NCBI RefSeq assembly: GCF_006345805.1
Contig: NW_021826508.1
Coordinates: 1 to 12,602, forward strand
DNA from: Octopus sinensis
Taxonomy: Eukaryota
Direction of reading: 5' to 3'
Length of the DNA: 12,602 bases
Both the position numbers and the translations under genes were made by a program. Shown piece by piece: positions 9,095 to 12,602 of this stretch (within the stretch, counting starts at the first letter, position 1; the number at the start of each line of letters is the position of its first letter). Under the pieces are notes generated by a model. The model was given only the letters and a program-made list of their open reading frames with translations, ran no database searches and was not told where the DNA came from.

Positions 9095-9557
9095 GCATAA
9101 GATCTGGTCATCAAATCTAAGTAGAGACTTCAAACTTGAAATCTTCAAAGCCACAGTTGAACCAATTCTACTATATGGCTCAGAAACCTGGACGTTATCA
9201 AAGAAGCTTCAGAGGCAGTTGGATGGAACCTACACTCGCCTCCTTATGAGAGCTCAAAATCTCTTGTGGAAGCGCCATCCAACCAAAATGCAAATATATG
9301 GGAAACTACCACCTGTGTCATCTCTTGTGAAAGGTAGAAGAGTCCAGTTTGCTGGACATTGTTGTAGAGCTGAAAAAGAAGTAATTTCTACTCTTCTCCT
9401 CTGGAAGCCATCTACTCGCAATCCCAGAGGGCGCACACTCTCCTACCCTGATGTAATCTCCAGGGATACAGGCATCCAGCAACAGGACCTCTGTAATGCT
9501 ATGATGGACCCTGAAGTCTGGCGTAGCATGGTAAATTCCATTGTCTCGACCACGGTC
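9092..9557 (+). pseudogene. C-terminal fragment of LINE ORF2 (post-RT region, RTE-like)
   Basis: LHKIWSSNLSRDFKLEIFKATVEPILLYGSETWTL...LDGTYTRLLMRAQNL.WK.HPT...RRVQFAGHC.R. The LYGSETW and R..FAGH motifs are typical of RTE-clade ORF2 downstream of the RT domain. The frame is open, but the N-terminal 16 aa of the tracked ORF come from host repeat and the RT core is absent. Confidence 0.85.
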
Positions 9558-12504
9558 AAGATACCAGAGGGTGCACACTCTCCTACCCTGATCTAATCTC
9601 CAGGGATACAGGCATCCAGCAACAGAACCTCCGTAATGCTATGATGGACCGTGAAGTCTGGCGTAGCATAGTAAATTCCATTGTCTTGACCATGGTCGCG
9701 ATACCAGAGGGTGCACACTCTCCTACCCTGATGTAATCTCCAGGGATACAGGCATTCAGCAACAGGACCTCCGTAATGCTATGATGGACCATGAAGTCTG
9801 GCGTAGCATGGTAAATTCCATTGTCTCGACCATGGTCGCGATACCAGAGGGTGCACGCTCTCCTACCCTGATCCAGGGATACAGGCATCCAGCAACAGGA
9901 CCTCCGTAATGCTATGATGGACCGTGAAGTCTGGCGTAGAATGGTAAATTCCATTGTCTTGACCACCGTCGCGATACCAGAGGGTGCACACTCTCCTACC
10001 CTGATCTAATCTCCAGGGATACAGGCATCCAGCAACAGGACCTCTGTAATGCTATGATGGACCCTGAAGTCTGGCGTAGCATGGTAAATTCCATTGTCTC
10101 GACCACGGTCGCGATACCAGAGGGCGCACATTCTCCTACCCTGATCTAATCTCCAGGGATACAGGCATCCAGCAACAGGACCTCCGTAATGCTATGATGG
10201 ACCCTGAAGTCTGGCGTAGCATGGTAAATTCCATTGTCTCGACCACGGTCATGATACCAGAGGGCGCACACTCTCCTACCCTGATGTAATCTCCAGGGAT
10301 ACAGGCATCCAGCAACAGGACCTCTGTAATGCTATGATGGACCCTGAAGTCTGGCGTAGCATGGTAAATTCCATTGTCTCGACCACGGTCGCGATACCAG
10401 AGGGTGCATACTCTCCTACCCTGATCTAATCTCCAGGGATACAGGCATCCAGCAACAGGACCTCCGTAATGCTATGATGGACCATGAAGTCTGGCGTAGC
10501 ATGGTAAATTCCATCGTCTAGACTACGGTCGCGATACCAGAGGGTGCACACTCTCCTACCCTGATGTAATCTCCAGGGATACAGGCATCCAGCAACAGGA
10601 GCTCCATAATACTATGATGGACCATGAAGTCTGGCGTAGCATGGTAAATTCCATTGTCTCGACCACGGTCGCGATACCAGAGGGTGCACACTCTCCTACC
10701 CTGATCTAATCTCCAGGGATACAGGCATCCAGCAACAGGACCTCCGTAATGCCATGATGGACCGTGAAGTCTGGCGTAGCATGGTAAATTCCATTGTCTC
10801 GACCACGGTCACGATACCAGAGGGCGCACACTCTCCTACCCTGATGTAATCTCCAGGGATACATGCATCTAGCTACAGGACCTCCGTAATGCCATGATGG
10901 ACCCTGAAGTCTGGTGTAGCATGGTAAATTCCATTGTCTCGACCACGGTCGCGATATCAGAGGGCGCACACTCTCCTACCCTGATGTAATCTCCAGGGAT
11001 ACAGGCATCCAGCAACAGGACCTCCATAATGCTATGATGGACCGTGAAGTCTGGCGTAGCATGGTAAATTCCATTGTCTCGACCACGGTCGCGATACCAG
11101 AAGGTGCACACTCTCCTACCCTGATGTAATCTCCAGGGATACAGGCATCCAGCAACAGGACCTCCATAATGCTATGATGGACCCTGAAGTCTGGCGTAGC
11201 ATGGTAAATTCCATTGTCCCGACCACGGTCGCGATGCCAGAGGGCGCACACTCTCCTACCCTGATGTAATCTCCAGGTATACAGGCATCCAGCAACAGGA
11301 CCTCCGTAATGCTATGATGGACCGTGAAGTCTGGCGTAGCATGGTAAATTCCATTGTCTCGACCACGGTCGCGATACCAGAGGGTGCACACTCTCCTACC
11401 CTGATCTAATCTCCAGGGATACAGGCATCCAGCAACAGGACCTCTATAATGCTATGATGGACCGTGAAGTCTGGCGTAGCATGGTAAATTCCATTGTCTC
11501 GACCACGGTCGCGATACCAGAGGGTGCACACTCTCCTACCCTGATGTAATCTCCAGGGATACAGGCATCCAGCAACAGGACCTCTGTAATGCTATGATGG
11601 ACCGTGAAGTCTGGCGTAGCATGGTAAATTCCATTGTCTCGACCACGGTAGCGATACCAGAGAGTGCACACTCTCCTACCCTGATGTAATCTCCAGGGAT
11701 ACAGGCATCCAGCAACAGGACCTCCATAATACTATGATGGACCATGAAGTCTGGCGTAGCATGGTAAATTCCATTGTCTTGACCACGGTCGCGATACCAG
11801 AGGGTGCACACTCTCCTACCCTGATCTAATCTCCAGGGATACAGGCATCCAGCAACAGGACCTCCGTAATGCCATGATGGACCGTGAAGTCTGGCGTAGC
11901 ATGGTAAATTCCATTGTCTCGACCACGGTCACGATACCAGAGGGTGCACACTCTCCTACCCTGATGTAATCTCCAGGGATACAGGCATCCAGCAACAGGA
12001 CCTCCATAATGCCATGATGGACCGTGAAGTCTGGCGTAGCATGGTAAATTCCATTGTCTCGACCACGGTCGCGATACCAGAGGGCGCACACTCTCCTACC
12101 CTGATCTGATCTCCAGGGATACAGGCATCCAGCAACAGGACCTCCGTAATGCCATGATGGACCGTGAAGTCTTGCGTAGCATGGTAAATTCCATTGTCTC
12201 GACCACGCTCGCGATACCAGAGGGTGCACACTCTCCTACCCTGATGTAATCTCCAGGGATACAGGCATCCAGCAACAGGACCTCCGTAATGCTATGATGG
12301 ACTGTGAAGTCTGGCGTAGCATGGTAAATTCCATTGTCTCGACCACGCTCGCGATACCAGAGGGTGCACACTCTCCTACCCTGATCTAATCTCCAGGGAT
12401 ACAGGCATCCAGCAACAGGACCTCCGTAATGCCATGATGGACCGTGAAGTCTTGCGTAGCATGGTAAATTCCATTGTCTCGACCACGGTCGAACGATGAT
12501 GATG
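9095..12504 (+). mobile_element. 5'-truncated RTE-like non-LTR retrotransposon (LINE) insertion with an amplified 3' end, flanked by a 10-bp TSD
   Basis: Identical ACAATATCTT at 9085-9094 and 12505-12514, with the host repeat continuous across it. RTE-type protein similarity at the 5' part, and a 3' end GAA CGA TGA TGA TGA (stop plus GAT tail) at 12491-12505. Confidence 0.88.
9416..12488 (+). repeat. 140-bp tandem array (22 units) derived from the LINE ORF2 3' end
   Basis: Unit starts at 9416, 9556, 9696, 9836, 9969, then every 140 bp to 12349. Unit 4 is 133 bp because of a 7-bp deletion. The total, 3073 bp, equals 21x140+133. Confidence 0.97.
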
Positions 12505-12602
12505 ACAATATCTTTCTAAAAATAAACAATCACATCCTTGAAATCTCAAAGCTACGAGATGATGCGAGATTAATTCAAAACATCGTGAATAAATAAGTTT
12601 TA
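12505..12602. repeat. Host tandem repeat resuming after the LINE
   Basis: ACAATATCTTTCTAAAAATAAACAATCACATCCTTGAAATCTCAAAGCTACGAGAT...ATTAATTCAAAACA matches the unit sequence following CTCTCACACCTAC at 7649 and 7812. Confidence 0.88.

Noticed and set aside
9045-9596. Intact autonomous reverse transcriptase gene
   Set aside because: The start (TTG) and first residues lie in host repeat upstream of the TSD. The endonuclease and RT catalytic domains are absent, and the end is frameshifted by the array.
9254-12371. Minus-strand ORFs (MCTLWYRDRGRDNG...) as a repeated gene family
   Set aside because: They are antisense translations of the 140-bp unit. The frame shifts with each unit and there is no recognisable domain.
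9416-12488. CRISPR-like array
   Set aside because: Units are wholly repeated with no unique spacers, they derive from LINE coding sequence, and the context is eukaryotic with no cas genes.

Overview
Repeat-dominated eukaryotic DNA with no supportable host gene. The repeats resemble families I recall from Octopus genomes; this is my inference and was not searched. Positions 1-7350 are a mosaic of tRNA-derived SINEs from at least three families, a 99-bp minisatellite and long microsatellites, which explain nearly all ORFs in the track. Positions 7390-12602 are a 160-270 bp tandem-repeat host carrying nested insertions. The main feature is a 5'-truncated RTE-like LINE (about 9095-12504) flanked by a perfect 10-bp target-site duplication, ACAATATCTT. 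Its last 140 bp of ORF2 is amplified into 22 head-to-tail copies. The array junction sits at a TCG microhomology inside the LINE's terminal stem-loop, and only the last copy carries the native stop codon and (GAT)n tail.
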